Source: a virus
Lineage: Duplodnaviria; Heunggongvirae; Uroviricota; Caudoviricetes
Direction: 5' to 3' (one strand)
Length of the DNA stretch: 54,578 bases
Virus record (IMG/VR): IMGVR_UViG_3300013383_000019
This document shows positions 19,801 through 30,600 of this stretch, piece after piece (within the stretch, counting starts at the first letter, position 1; the number at the start of each line of letters is the position of its first letter). A program made the position numbers and the translations under genes. The notes beneath the pieces are model-generated. The model had not been told where the DNA came from and ran no database searches. It was given only the letters and a program-made list of their open reading frames with translations.

Positions 19801-20567
19801 AGGTAGCTCAGCCCCGTCGGGTTCACGTCGTCAATGCCCACATAGCCGTAGTCGCCGTATTCACCCTCCACGTACAGCCGGGTCACAATGCTTTCCGAGT
19901 CATATTCCACCGAGAGCGAATCGAGGTTCTTGCCGATGTAAAGCTCCCGCGTTTCCATAATATCCCGGTCATTCAGCGCGTGCAGGTCGACCGTTTTCGT
20001 ATCACCGTGGAACACAGGATAGGCGTTAAACAGCCCGCACAGCTCGTTGATCAGCTGATAACTGCCCACTTTGCTCTCCGTCTTGAGCGACCGCTGCTTG
20101 ACAACCTTCTCCCCGCTTTCGCTGAAGCCGTCCCGCTCGTAGAACGTATCGCACGTACCAATGCTCCATCCAGTGTTCGCGAGGATCTGCCCCAGCAGGT
20201 AGTCCGCCGTGCCGATGCCGTTCTCGTCGTCAAAGGCCAAGTACAAATTCTTTGTCTTCAGGATAGAGGAAAGATGCGAGCAGTTAACCTCCTGCCCTAT
20301 GTGCCGGCTGCCCTTCGTTTTTCTCGGCGTGTGGATAATAAACCAGTCTTCGGCCGTTCCAATCTTCAAGCGCAGCAGGTACTCGCTCTTAATGTAATGC
20401 CACCGAAACCCGGTAGGGGGAATGCTGAAGGAAAGCTCCTTCCAACCGTTCAACTCCTCTTTGTACACAATGTCATACGCCTGCCCTTCGGCCTGTGCTT
20501 CCGAATCGTACAGGTCGCAAAGCTTTCTGTGTTTATAATCATAAACGGAAAGAGATACACGTTTCAT
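16893..20567 (-). CDS. Large minor tail protein, Tal/endopeptidase-like (1224 aa)
   Basis: N-terminal NGWKELSF.IP, IVTRLYVEG and WNWRT.GTG.GL.AD.ITTG motifs; C-terminal KLAFL.G..EIAYISNN; downstream of Dit. Confidence 0.85.
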   Translation of the reverse strand: MKRVSLSVYDYKHRKLCDLYDSEAQAEGQAYDIVYKEELNGWKELSFSIPPTGFRWHYIKSEYLLRLKIGTAEDWFIIHTPRKTKGSRHIGQEVNCSHLSSILKTKNLYLAFDDENGIGTADYLLGQILANTGWSIGTCDTFYERDGFSESGEKVVKQRSLKTESKVGSYQLINELCGLFNAYPVFHGDTKTVDLHALNDRDIMETRELYIGKNLDSLSVEYDSESIVTRLYVEGEYGDYGYVGIDDVNPTGLSYLLNFDYYKEIGVFTDEHQKALDAYLANMKEATDKIMAKTTEINEKETELNGLWGQIPYVIYKVENSQIVNDSAGNPAAVYGGGATLEDRDLKQGDSIVVLYTAKRDGVVEDTPVAQCAYETVDDNKEFDIPTGSTYILKYASKAKSNSLIGAKECAIEAKLKRLETITKKYEDPSTSESAKKEFEKEITSIRAELAKIRFGVEAQPAQEATEDQEAIPAQEAIEGLYSMVHRAVALALEIDKLKNDGADSQAGLLQTQAQIEANFMNAMGDMLKDGYWSDSNYTVGQERFLYEDAVDVMKQVSRPSVSYTMSLVPLSEAMGYTEGNLTLNCRARVYDTELGVNDIVYVKTVTRYLDDPSRDSAEVSNEDVLMSGKTFDSVLSRITRLSDMVYQKNSLYSRAGAINGDGSIAIDRLEGQLDILKNKLLFSRSGWYTDDNGNIILESATGQSAMLLSGEGLMIAYGKDDEGNWNWRTCGTGEGLVADTITTGFLSSDRIRAGSITANKLASDVGQSLDLSSNKSITMIVEDVIPKAIESMTDLFGVTLTLTADNGIYLDNILTQTTITPMVTRNGANITNSLGAEAFTWTRQTYKTYEMEIGLRAGGISSANGEDVNPDEESITATTTAYCNVYYPIAEYRIGITPIEGLKYAIYGYDDSNKYLGWTGWTIGRSYTLPAGTTRVRFSLGFEDERDITDENISSLKKVVNVTELAKTDEMWQPKHPAGDPYSIVLTNEDVDFHAVFSCKLEYTTVGTYFDIDHSNELTYYRSGDYKGGEFAIEDDQLVVYSAGKIQYSIDGSDLYTDTLGEIHSVETNMTVIDRTDDTYNAEILSQTRSNFEVLSAKINSEVATLDDKLSSRIEQTTTSITQTFTEQAEEMDGRLGSLETYIRTDASGMEIGKSNSRFKTKIDNEKLAFLEGDEEIAYISNNRMYITEANVTNKLTVGAKALGGVWEWEAVTAGMGLKYKRT

Positions 20568-20585
20568 TGTTGTCTGTCTCCTTCC

Positions 20586-21665
20586 TTATAAAATTTTCGG
20601 TTTGTATTCAACTTCAAGTTTTTCCATTTTGCTGAATCCAGTAATCTGTATCCGATTCAGCGTTGCGATCATCGTCTCCGCCATAGAGGAGGTCGCGGCC
20701 TTTGTGTCAATCACAACGCTGTTCGCGCCGTCCGCCAGTTTTACGTTGAGAATTCTCCGCCATGCGCTCTCAACCCAAATATACCGCCCGGCATAGCTCT
20801 CGCTCAGCGTCACGCCTGCCACCGCCACAACATTGCTGTCTTCCGTAGTGGTTGCGGTAACACCGTCGCGCTCCAGGTTCGCAGGCTCCAGCTTAATGAA
20901 GCCGTCGTCATGGTACCCGAACGCAAACGTCGGCGAACCAAGCCCCAGCAGCTTCACCGATCCATACTGGCTGTCAATCTCCAGATAAGACCCGGCGTTA
21001 TTATCGTCCACCGGCATCCGCTGATAGCCTTCCAGTGGCACCAGCGTGCAGACCTGGTTGTTCGCTGCGTTGCGAATCTGCACCTTGTCGTTTATCAGAC
21101 CGGAAATACAAATGCGCGTGTCGCACGGCTCTGTCCCGCAATTATATAGAAGAAAATCGCTCGTGTTTTTGTCCGGCGCTTCAGGCATCAGCGACGGGAT
21201 CAGCATATCGCAATAATTGACCGCTTTTAGGCAGTCGTCGTTCGTCACATCCAGCCTGTCATAAAGCAGGTAGCCGCACGGGTCGTACGCCGTAAATGTT
21301 ATAGTAAATGTGCCGCTGATTCGCCCGTTGTCCGCCGGATAAATTTTGTATGTAATCGCCTTTGTCGGGCGTACATTGTAATACATAAAAGGCGCGTCGT
21401 CGAATATCAGCCGCCCCTCTGTTTTTCGGTCAAGCCAGCGCTTAATCTTCTCCCATTGCCTGATTGTGATCTCTTCAAACCAGCACAGCAGAGAAAACTC
21501 ACGCGTCTTCAGCCGGGTAAAATAAAAATACCCGCCGTCACGGCCGGTAATTTCATCTTCGGCAACTTCGTATGTCGCCTATTTTCGCTGTCTGGAGTCA
21601 GCCGCCGGGGCAAATCCAACTTCCATCGTGTCGCTATGAATTCCGTTGTAGGAAAATCCATCCAT
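20586..21665 (-). CDS. Distal tail protein (Dit-like, 359 aa), in-frame TAG at codon 29 (21579-21581)
   Basis: AGGAGTG RBS; MDGFSYNGIHS...SRQRK*ATYEV...ITGRDGGY...WL....GRLIFDD.P.MYY...FTITF.A.DP is a Dit signature joined across the TAG to ORF 20586..21386. Confidence 0.88.
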
Positions 21666-21761
21666 ACGGTGTTCACTCCTTTATCCTTTATAACGTAATG
21701 AAGGGTCCTTCAACCAAGTTTTTATTCGCGCCCGCGCGAGTGATCACTTCCTCGGGGGCAC

Positions 21762-21788
21762 AAAAAAGCGCCTCCGAAGAGACGCCTC
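21762..21788 (-). terminator. Terminator closing the higBA insert
   Basis: AGGCGTCTC-TTCG-GAGGCGCT hairpin plus T6 on the - strand. Confidence 0.8.
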
Positions 21789-21828
21789 ATATCCAAGGTT
21801 AATTGAGATTATTTATTATGGTCAAGCC

Positions 21829-22926
21829 TTATACCTCAGCCCATTTATAACGCGGTTTATATTTCTGCCAGATCCAAGGAATTCGTCCCTCCTTCTGCAG
21901 CCTTCCAATAACTACATACGAAGGCACTGCTTGCGTCCGAGCATATGCTTCGATAGAAGCATACGAATACGAACCGGCTTGGACAAATCGTTCATAGCTC
22001 TTCTGGTCGAGCAATCTACTGCTGGCAAACAGGTCGGCTGCGGCTTCTTTTTTCCCATCTTTTGAATACTCTGCATCTATAAAACTGCCAGATTTAGAAA
22101 CATCACCATTCACAATATGCCCTAATTCATGGAACAATGAGAACCAAAAAATATCCGCAAACGCACCGCGTATCGTAAGAACCATTTGATATGCCCCATC
22201 TTCCTTGCTCGCTATATACCCATGCACCGGCGCGCCGCGGAAGTTATGAACGATGCTAAAGTCGATACCATGCTGCGCAAACAGATCTTTTAGTAAGTTC
22301 TGCAAATCGCCATGATCCGATAGCATGATTTCTTTAAGCCTGGAAACCAGTTCATCAACGCGCGTTGGGTCAAAGTCAGAACTAATTGGTCTCTCTGATC
22401 CAAGAACTTTACAGAGGCAGAGCCACGCGCCAAGAACGTATTGGTCCACAGAAACTTTATCTGACATCCTAAAAGCTCCAGAAGGAGCAAGCACCTTCAA
22501 TGCCGCCAGGTTACTTACTCGGAAAAGCTTCCTAAGACATATTATCGTTTCTGTTTGGGGTAAACCATCTGGTATAACCAGTATCTTCTTCAAGTAATCT
22601 ACAACTTCGTGAATCGCCAACAAAGCATTCTTTTCTTCTTCTGAAATATTTTTCTCTTCTTGAAGGCTCAAAGATTCAGCGTCGTAGTTTGCCTGCAAAT
22701 TAAGCCAGAACGACTTTGGCACGCCAAAGGCATATTCAAGCCCCCTTGCCAGCCCTTTGGAGATATCCTTCTTCCCGTGGATTACCTCGCTCAAAAACGC
22801 TTCAGAAACATCAGCTCTCTGCGCCAGTTCCTTCTGTGTTATGTTTCGCTCTTCCAACAAATCAGAAATGGTCTCGCCGGGGTGGATCAGCAAATCAGGG
22901 GATATACCATGTTTCTTTTCTACCAT
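21829..22926 (-). CDS. higA: HigA-family antitoxin (XRE HTH plus ImmA/IrrE M78 peptidase domain)
   Basis: IHPGET..DLL....TQ.ELA.R, FWLNLQA.YD and FWFSLFHELGH (HExxH) motifs. Confidence 0.88.
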   Translation of the reverse strand: MVEKKHGISPDLLIHPGETISDLLEERNITQKELAQRADVSEAFLSEVIHGKKDISKGLARGLEYAFGVPKSFWLNLQANYDAESLSLQEEKNISEEEKNALLAIHEVVDYLKKILVIPDGLPQTETIICLRKLFRVSNLAALKVLAPSGAFRMSDKVSVDQYVLGAWLCLCKVLGSERPISSDFDPTRVDELVSRLKEIMLSDHGDLQNLLKDLFAQHGIDFSIVHNFRGAPVHGYIASKEDGAYQMVLTIRGAFADIFWFSLFHELGHIVNGDVSKSGSFIDAEYSKDGKKEAAADLFASSRLLDQKSYERFVQAGSYSYASIEAYARTQAVPSYVVIGRLQKEGRIPWIWQKYKPRYKWAEV

Positions 22927-23233
22927 GATAATCGACCACTCCTTCCATCTCAATTTCTTCGCATATCATTACAGCATCGCCTTTTTCATTTGGCTTCATG
23001 ATTAATCGGACATTTCCGGTGATCCGAACAGAATACTTGCCTATATTTTCTCCTTTCATCGGTTCGGGACGCCCCAAATTCAGCTTCAGAAAATCACCAA
23101 ATGTGTCCGCCGCCTTTAAGCGGTCTATATGCTTCTTCACTGTTCGAACCCAATCTTCGGGGATTTTTCGCTTCATTTCTGCATAATCCTCAAAGAATCG
23201 CTCCACTCTTTTATCCACATACGTTATCCGCAA
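22895..23233 (-). CDS. higB: HigB/RelE-family toxin
   Basis: TTG start; L.AA....D......G..E.MKG...G.YSVRITGN.RLI motif, upstream of higA. Confidence 0.85.
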   Translation of the reverse strand: MRITYVDKRVERFFEDYAEMKRKIPEDWVRTVKKHIDRLKAADTFGDFLKLNLGRPEPMKGENIGKYSVRITGNVRLIMKPNEKGDAVMICEEIEMEGVVDYHGRKETWYIP

Positions 23234-23296
23234 TCGACCACCACCATTTGGAATCACTTTGTCATCTGATAGTTAGCCAAAAAGTTAACCGTGCCC

Positions 23297-23325
23297 ATTA
23301 TAACCCAAACGCAAAGATTAGTCAA
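23297..23325 (-). promoter_or_regulatory. Sigma-A promoter of higBA
   Basis: TTGACT-17 bp-TATAAT. Confidence 0.8.
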
Positions 23326-23416
23326 TAGGCTAATTCAATCAAAAAGATATTCGCTTGGATCGATCTCTGTGAGGGGCTGCTCCTTTATCCTTTATAAATA
23401 CGGCACCCAGTCAATC

Positions 23417-23581
23417 TTATTCCTCTCGGAGGCAAAGCCGCTCGAATTGTTCAGCCGATTCCATAATTTCGTTGAACTTCACAGCATCGAAAGCCTCTTC
23501 TTTTATTCTCTGCGCTTCTTCTTCACTGATAAAGTGAGCACCCGGTTTCGCAACGGTGTAAACCATCATCATATCATTCAT
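23417..23581 (-). CDS. Small acidic protein (54 aa) coupled to the PBECR4 gene
   Basis: GGAGG RBS; start overlaps the upstream stop. Confidence 0.6.
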   Translation of the reverse strand: MNDMMMVYTVAKPGAHFISEEEAQRIKEEAFDAVKFNEIMESAEQFERLCLREE

Positions 23582-24245
23582 CCTCCATTGGGTTAAGCAG
23601 CTCTTCAGATTCATTATCAGCCAGAGTTAACAACCGTTGCTGCAATGGTTCAACAAGCATGCTGAATACTTCATCCGGCAAAGAATTTGCCGGCATGCCC
23701 GAATCGCAGAACAGAAGCTTAGAATATTTTTTCGAATCATTCGACTTTGAAAAAATATATGCTACACCATAGACCGTTTTGCTTTTAGCTGAGCAGTCTT
23801 CATCTCTCAGCGACTGTGCCACATAGCAGTCTCCGTTTGTGTCCTTGTTCATACAAAGTGAAAACTTCAAATCGGTTGTTCCAAATTTATATGTACAGGT
23901 AACCGTTGTAATTTCCTCAAGTATAAAACTCTTTGTGGTTATTATTGTGGAAACATGGCTAAGGTGTTGTAATTTACGGACACATAAATCATACGGGTGC
24001 TGCGAAGTAAAATTAATTTGCTTGACAGTTAACATACGTCGTGCAGCTTTGCTATAAAAATCCTTTGCTGACAGATTGGTGTCAACGCCCGTCAAATGTC
24101 GAAAATTTTCTGCTTTATAAATTACTTCAATGTATCTACCATCAAACACATATAAAAATTTTTTGCCTACCAAATTTTTTCTATACAAATCAGCGGCCGT
24201 ATGAATCTGCTGAACGACCATCAGCCTGTCTTGTTTTTTGCTCAT
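23574..24245 (-). CDS. PBECR4-like predicted ribonuclease, copy 1 (223 aa)
   Basis: Y...L.GK.FLYVFD..YIEV.....NF.HLTGV and RKL motifs as recalled for the PBECR4 family; AT-rich insert. Confidence 0.75.
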   Translation of the reverse strand: MSKKQDRLMVVQQIHTAADLYRKNLVGKKFLYVFDGRYIEVIYKAENFRHLTGVDTNLSAKDFYSKAARRMLTVKQINFTSQHPYDLCVRKLQHLSHVSTIITTKSFILEEITTVTCTYKFGTTDLKFSLCMNKDTNGDCYVAQSLRDEDCSAKSKTVYGVAYIFSKSNDSKKYSKLLFCDSGMPANSLPDEVFSMLVEPLQQRLLTLADNESEELLNPMEDE

Positions 24246-24249
24246 ACGT

Positions 24250-24525
24250 ATAACCGCCTTTAGATACTCATAAATCAGAACGCGCTGGACAACATTAAAG
24301 TCATCCAGCGCCCTGCTTTTGTAAATAGCGGTTTTATGCTGGCTGTCAGCCGCGATACCCTTCCGGGTATCTATAGCCGTCGGAATCCTTAAGTCCCCGA
24401 CGCGGACTCGCCTTATCTCCCCAGCGCGGGCGCGATACCCTTCCGAGTATCTTTCAGTCTCGGCGTTTTACCTGCCCGAGCACAGTACAGCTTTTACGTG
24501 CCGCCACACGAAGCATCTCTGCTTG
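24250..24525 (-). ncRNA. Structured leader RNA with two GAUACYC-GGAA-GGGUAUC hairpins
   Basis: 22-nt repeat at 24351-24372 and 24431-24452 (1 mismatch), further hairpins, long stem at 24282-24311, between a promoter and the RNase gene. Confidence 0.6.
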
Positions 24526-24530
24526 CTTTT

Positions 24531-24559
24531 ATTATATTCCTGGCATGAGCAAAAATCAA
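24531..24559 (-). promoter_or_regulatory. Sigma-A promoter of PBECR4 cassette 1
   Basis: TTGATT-17 bp-TATAAT. Confidence 0.7.
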
Positions 24560-24603
24560 CAACAAAATTTAACAAATATATTTTTTACTTTATTTTTGTC
24601 AAT

Positions 24604-24630
24604 GAAAAGGGAGGTGATCCCCTCCCTTTC
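24604..24630 (-). terminator. Terminator after the tape measure gene
   Basis: AAAGGGAGG/CCTCCCTTT inverted repeat right after the stop. Confidence 0.7.
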
Positions 24631-24632
24631 AT

Positions 24633-27600
24633 TCACTTGGATAACCTTATGCCGCCCACAGACTGAACCCGTCCGGATTTTTCCAGCACATGGTCGAAGA
24701 ATTTTTCGGCCAGTTCGTCATAGTCCGTGTCGTTGTCCAGCTTGTCCACCTGGATTACAACGTCGCCGAACGTCAGCGTCGGCTGAGAGCGGGAATTCGT
24801 CTCCGCGCCAAACGCCGGCATTGTCGGTACGTTAATTGTTTTGATCGCGTGCAGCGTGTCGATCATGTCCTCAAACAGTTCGGTCTGATAAGGCGAAAGG
24901 ACGCGCTCCGGCTTGCTCGGCGTACCGTCCAGCCATGCAAGGCCGGTCTTTGTGTTCAGGCCGCCCGAAGCATATTGCGATACGGTTGTTTTCCCATTAC
25001 CGCTTGCCGAGGGTCTAAGCGTGTCCTGGCTCGAGTTCCGAGGCGCGCTGCTGGTGCTGCTATAGCTTCTAATGGAACTGATAGCACCGCTGAGCATTGT
25101 TTGGTACTGAGCGCGCACCTGCGCCTGCCCAGCCGAGCCTCCCGCCGCCGCCAGGTGATTATTCAGCCAGCGCTTAGCGATTCTCTTAGCCGCGCTGTTT
25201 GCGGCAGACCTAGAGCTATATCCGGTATACACCTGGCCGTCAAACGTAAAAGACCAGAGCGTCTTAGGCTTCGAGCTGCCGTTAGGCTTTTGAGTAGAAC
25301 CAGGGCTGGGACTCGGACTCGGGCTGGAATCATATCCACCGTCATAACTGCCGCCATTACTCCCCGACGCCGGCATCACCGGCTGGTAATCATAGCTGCT
25401 GATATCCACCGCAACATCCTTGTAGGCGTTCTTCAGGTTCTCCAGCTGCTCTTTCCACGCGTCGACGTATGCCTCCGCCTGCAGCTTGCCCGCCGCCTTA
25501 TAGTCCGCACTGTTGTCCATCAGGAACTGGATAATCGCGTCGTCGCCCTTCGAGATAATTTCTTCAATTTCGTCCCAGTATGTGACGATCGCGCCGCGCA
25601 TGTCGTTGAGCATATCCTGCCAGCCGTTTGTGATATCCGTGCGCGTGGCGTCCGTGGAGTTTTTATACTCTTCGCTGTTCTCCTTCAGCCACTGCAGAAT
25701 TTCCTCGTCGGACTGCGCCATGATCTTCTGCACTTCTTCAATGAAATTGCGCGGGTTCGCCAGCAGGTCTTCGTAGTATTTTTCAATGTAGTCGGCGTAT
25801 TCTTCCGTGCTCGTGATCTGTTGATCGATCGCGTCCTGCTGGGCCTCGACTTCCTTCTCCGCCGTGTCCCATGCGATTTCGTCGCGCAGGTCTTTAATCT
25901 GCTCCTGCAGTTCCATCGCTTCTTTGCGCCGCGTCGAGTCGGCCGATATGCGCGCCAGTTTCGCTTCCAGCTTTTTCAGTTCAACCAGCTTTTCTTCTTC
26001 TTGCTGCGCTTCCTTGCGCGCGTTCAGCTGTTCCTGCAGCGCCTGCTTTTCTTCTTCCAGCGCGTCCTTTTTCGCGTCCGCCGTCTCAAGGATTTCGTCG
26101 CGTTCTTTTTCGTATCGCGCCTTGATGATATCGAGTATCGCTTCCTCTGTTTCGATCGTGCCCTGCAGCATGCGCTCCTTCAGCTCTTCCCGGTCCTCGA
26201 TCGCTTCCAGAATCGTGTTCCGCAGGTCGATCTCCATCTGCCGGATCTTGTTCTTCCATTCCTTAATTTCCTTGTTCAGTGCTTCGATATCGTTCCGGTT
26301 CTGCTTCAGCTGCTTGCTGTATTCCATGTGCTGCTGCTGCAAGCTCTTCAGATCGTCCGCCGCCTCAGAATAACCTTCCGCGGAGGTACTCATCGCGTTG
26401 ACTTCCGCCCGCTTGGCTTCCATCAGGCTTTCGATCTTCGAGAGGTTCGCCTGTATCGTATCCGTGTTAGCCTGTATCGCCTGCTTTTCGTATTCGATAC
26501 ATTTCAGCACGCCCTGAATTTCGCCGCGGCTTTCGAAGTACGCTTTCTCCAGCTCGATGATGGCTTTCTTGTGGTTCTGAATCGTATCAATCTGGTCGAG
26601 CACGTCCAGAAACCGCTCAATCTCGGAGGGGCCGCTGTTCCCGCTGCTGCCACTGCCTCCGCCGTAAGAACTGCTGGGGCTGCGGCGGCTGCTTCCGCCT
26701 CCGCCGCCACCACTGCGTCGGCTGCTGGAACCGCTTCTTCTGCCGTTGCTCTTCGAGCCAAGACCGGTGACGTTTACCTTGCCATTTTTGTCCAGGCTTA
26801 CAGTCGCGCCGTTTACGCTTGCCAGCTGCTCAATAAGCCCAAGAATAGCATTGGCAGTCTCATTGCCCTCAGCCGCCAATGCCTTTAGCTGCGAAATCCA
26901 TGTGCTGGGGTCAAGACTGATTCCTGTCAGCGTCAGCATTGAGCTGATCAACCATTCGACGCTGCTGGTCGCCATGTCCGTGTCCCCCGCCAGCAATGCC
27001 GCCGCCATAGCCAAATCATATTCAGAGTTGATCGCGAATCCGCAATAGTCCGCCAGATTCGCCAGTGCCGTAGTGTATGCGTCGGTGCCAGCCTGCGTCG
27101 TGTCCATCACGGTCGCAAGGTCTGCCTGCGCCAGCGCCAGGTCGTTCAGCTTTGTCCCGATGCCGGCGATGGATTTCAGATACTCCGCCTGGGACTTCCC
27201 GCTGTTGCTGATTACATCGACGGCTTCCTCCCAGATTTTATTCTGCTTGGCAAGCTGCGTGCCTTCTTTTGTCAGCCCCTCACGCGTCAGTTTCTTCGCC
27301 GCGTCCAGCGCGTCTTCGTGTGCGTCCGACATGTCGCCCAAACTGGTCACATAATCCTTGATCGCGTCCGAGCCTTCCAGCAATGTCTTCTGCATTGTTT
27401 TGCCGAGGCTGTTCCATACGGCGATAAACGCCTCCTCCGAGCCGGTGTCCAACGCCTCCTGAATGTTCGCCAAGGCCGCATTGTATTCCGTCGTACCGTT
27501 CTGCGCCTCATAAAGCGCGTCTGCTGTTTCCTGCAAGCTCCCGCGGCATTGTTCAAGCATTTCCACATAAGCTGATACAACGTCTTCCCAATCACTGTCC

Positions 27601-30600
27601 GGGTCGAAAAGTACGTTCCAGAAGCTGCCGTAGTCCTCGCGGAAGCCTTCTGCCAGCGTGGCGTTTTCCGTGTACATCTCGTAGATCTTTTCCCGCAGCA
27701 TTTCAATGGCTTCGGCTTTATCCTCCAGATTTGCCGAATCCATGAATACACCCGCCAGATCGTTGATCTGCCCAGAGTAACTGTTATCCGCCGCGGTCTG
27801 CGCTTCCGCGTTCAGCTTTTCGTTTTTCGCATATTCGGCCTGCTCCGCAAAGAAATCTTCCTTCGACGCCGAGGAAATATTCGCCAGCATTTCATAGACC
27901 TTTGCCAGTGCTTCCGCCCACGCACCCGTTTCGTCGGTCACTTCTACCGTCCCGGCGAGGATATTGTAAAGTTCAGGATAGGTCTGCGCGAAGCTCTCCT
28001 GCATGTCAGAAGACCATGTGTTAAATTCCTTCCGCGCGTTTTCCAGTCCGCCCGAAAGTCCCATCACGCCATTGGCGAACGTCGGTACCTGACCTTCCGT
28101 GAACGCCTTGTCCAGCGCGCCCACCTGGTCGGCAAACCCGGCCTCTTTCGCTTTCGCCAGCGCTTCCTGCGCTTTCAGATTTTCCGCCATCTCCGAACGC
28201 TCTTCGGCGTACGCCACCGTGGTTCCGTTGATAATACCCTTCAGGTAGCTGTATGCGTCGCCTTCCTTCATCAGCCCTGCGTAGATATCGCCCAGCATCG
28301 GGTAGGCTTTCGTCATCTCTTCCACCAGGTCTGCGTTCGCCGCATGCGCTTCATCCATTGCGGTCTTGAAAAGGCTCACGTCAAATTTCTTCGTGTCCGC
28401 GTTCATCGATTTGCTCAGAATGTCGCTCGTCGCATCCCGGTAATTGTTCTTCGCCGCGTCGGATGCTTTCTGTTTCTCCAGCCATTCCGCGTAGTATTTG
28501 CCGAAGCTCCCCATTTTTTCGGCCGCCGCATCCGCGGCCTCCCCCACGGCCGTAACCGAAGCCACCGCCGTTTCTTTCCACTTAACGAATTCCTCTTCAT
28601 TATAGTCGGGGAGCAGGTCGATCTTCGCGCCTTCAATTTCACCGTTCTCAACTTGCGCGTTGTATTCGGAAATATATCCGTTGATACCGTCGACGATTTT
28701 CTTGTAGCCGTCATAATCCACAGCTTCCGGCGCTTTCAGCATCTCGTTGTATTCGTCCATCAGCTTGGTGAATTCCGGCGAGGAAGCGAGTTCAGCTAGT
28801 GTGTCTCTGCACGTCGTGAACATTTCCGTGACCGAACTGAGCAATTCCTCTGTAACCGCTGCCGGGTTCTGTTCATACAACTTCTGCAGGAATGTAAACA
28901 GCTCGTCGCTGTATTCGCTCAGCGCGCTCTTGAAGTTGTCCGGGAGCACGTCGGCCATATCGGCTCCTTCAAGATTTTGCTTTACCGCGCCCACATAACT
29001 TTTAACCAGAGAAGCGGCCTTATTCAGCATTTCTTCCGTCAGCGCGTCTGCGTCTCCGCCAACTGAATTCCGCATCGATTCCACGATCGTGCCTATGAAC
29101 GAATCGATATTCTTCGTAATTTCCGCCGGCACATCCATAAAGCTGCTGTCCTGTCCGAACGCGTTCAAGCTCTGTTCAATGCTGTCCCACGCGTCGGAAA
29201 TACCGGCAGCCGCTTTCTCTGCGCTCGCCCCAACCAGCGTGTTGAGGTTCATCATCTCCATGTTGATGTCGTTACTGAGCTTATTAACGTATTGGCTCGC
29301 TTCAAGATATTCGTCTGCTATCGAATAATAATTCTCGGCGTCCGCAGTCATACCGCCCCACCATTCTCGGTTTTTAGCGCCCAGACTGCTGCTTTGAATA
29401 TACATATCCTGCAGATAATTTGTGAACCCGCGTTTAGATGCTTTCGCCGGATCTTCCAGCCCCTGTGTATATTCATCCCAGTATTTCAGTACATTCTTCT
29501 GGAGATCAACCTTGTCCATCTCCGCGTACGCGTCCTTAACCGTCTGAACCTGCTCCGCGAACTTGCTGAACGCGTCCAGCTGCGAGATCGAATTCTGCAG
29601 GTCCACCTGTTCCCGCAGTTCCTCGTTCATCGCCCGGATAGCTTCGCTGCCGCTGTTGTACTGGCCTTCCAGTCCTTCCAGCTTTGTCTGTAAAGTATAG
29701 GAGGTTCCGGACAACTGCGCGAATATCGCGTCCATCCGCTCCGTGTCGCTCGTCGTCTTGTTTTGCTTTCCGGCGAGTTTCGTGTATTCATCGATCAGCG
29801 GGGAGATCGTCCCGGTGTAATCCTTCAGCGTGCTCAGCTGTTCGCTGTAATCCGGCAGCTCTACCGCAGACGCTTTTTTGATCGCGCCGGTAACGGCCGT
29901 GATAACCGTAACAAGCCCCGCCAGCGCAGTGACGATCAGCCCGATCGGGTTCGAGGCCGATGCAATGCCAGCAACAAGCCCAATGCTTTTGATTGCCTTA
30001 ATCAGCGATACGATCTTGGTGAGCACCACCACAACTGCTCCAAGCGCAGCTGCCGCCGCGGGGATTGTAACGTTAAACCCTCTCAGGGATTCCGTGCCGC
30101 TCGCGATCAGGTCGACAAATCCGGCCAGTCCGTCATAAGCGCCTTTCATCCAGTCCGCGCTCAGCAGTCCATAAAGGCTTTCCAAAGACGACTTCAGCCG
30201 TCCCTGTGCCGCCTCAACCGATTCCATATACACGCTGTATTTCTGCGTCGCTGTGCCGGCCGCGTTCAGCGCGCCCTCATAAAGTTCAAACGCACGGCTG
30301 CCGCCCTCTGCGCCCTTAGCCATGTCGCTCATCAATGCGAGGAAGGTGTTCTGCTGTCTTGCGCCGGCGATGGTGGTCGAGATATACGCCTTCTGTTTTG
30401 CGTCCAGCGTGTCCCATTGTTCGGCAATTTCCGTCATGATGTCGGACATGCTGCGCCAGTTGTTCTCTTCGTCCAGCAGTTCAATACCGAGCGTGCCCAG
30501 CGCTTTTGTCACGTCGTTGATCTGGGTCGCGTCCTCTTCATTAAAACCCTTCTGCTTTATGGAGTGCATGCGCGCCATCAGAGAGTTGAACGCCGTACCG

